Below are positions 63,858 to 64,000 of a DNA stretch of 64,000 nt, piece by piece. The position numbers were made by a program, and so were the translations under genes. How positions within the stretch are numbered: position 1 is the first letter of the stretch; each line of letters begins with the position of its first letter. Below the pieces are notes generated by a model. The model worked only from the letters and a program-made list of their open reading frames with translations. It made no database searches and was not told the origin of the DNA. The stretch covers positions 703,738-767,737 of the forward strand of contig PHBC01000001.1 in the NCBI GenBank assembly GCA_002840505.1, in the 5' to 3' direction. Origin of the DNA: Deltaproteobacteria bacterium HGW-Deltaproteobacteria-2 (GTDB lineage: Bacteria > Desulfobacterota > Syntrophia > Syntrophales > Smithellaceae).

Positions 63858-64000
63858 ATGTTTAATAACAAATTATTCTGGTCTCTTTTTATGATGCCCG
63901 GCGCAATTCTCGGATGGATTTTTACTATTTTCGGCTTTGTCTGCCCGATCGAAAATGAAACATTGCGAATAGTCTGGATTGTCGTCGCCTGTATATTTTG
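63858..64000 (+). CDS. hydrophobic membrane protein, N-terminal fragment (runs off window)
   Basis: My translation is MFNNKLFWSLFMMPGAILGWIFTIFGFVCPIENETLRIVWIVVACIF. AAAGGAG SD upstream. The frame is open to the edge. Confidence 0.4.
   Translation, partial: MFNNKLFWSLFMMPGAILGWIFTIFGFVCPIENETLRIVWIVVACIF

Overview
The window is chromosomal, with about 57 protein genes. I could find no rRNA, tRNA, CRISPR array, transposase or integrase. Gene content suggests a moderately AT-rich Gram-negative organism, probably an anaerobic Desulfobacterota-like one, but this is inference only.

Left third: housekeeping genes (murJ, yggT/DUF167, proC, RNase E/G, tsaC, cimA), a triple-Ig-repeat FGE-sulfatase lipoprotein, a CDF transporter, a FecR/OmpA/CHASE2-HD-GYP signalling trio, an orphan 330-aa gene, and a ybiH-ybhGFSR-like operon (TetR + HlyD + ABC-2).

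Middle: typA, an MBL hydrolase, prfC, two tandem paralogous lipoproteins built from 8 and 6 copies of a ~50-aa repeat, queF, carB, a TPP-dependent E1 alpha/beta pair with no E2/E3, and periplasmic Cache proteins.

Right third (44.6-60.5 kb) is the most unusual part: two divergent operons.
- One operon is a minimal dedicated type II FAS/PKS set: hotdog dehydratase, FabG, atypical ACP, ketosynthase, and lysophospholipid acyltransferase (LPLAT). It also carries a LolA-like carrier, a lipoprotein, a CrtI-family oxidoreductase and a nitroreductase.
- The other encodes an enolase-superfamily enzyme, a tandem-PilZ protein, a GAF-PAS-HD-GYP sensor, a B12 radical SAM enzyme and a short AMP-ligase.
- The whole 19-kb segment is bracketed by an inverted pair of ~107-bp structured repeats.

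Other notable signals:
- A promoter, an Ile-rich 26-codon leader ORF and an intrinsic terminator lie upstream of cimA, which looks like an attenuator.
- A mosaic family of palindromic intergenic repeats occurs at seven or more loci.
- There are several operator-like palindromes.

All calls come from reading the sequence and ORF translations. No database search was possible.
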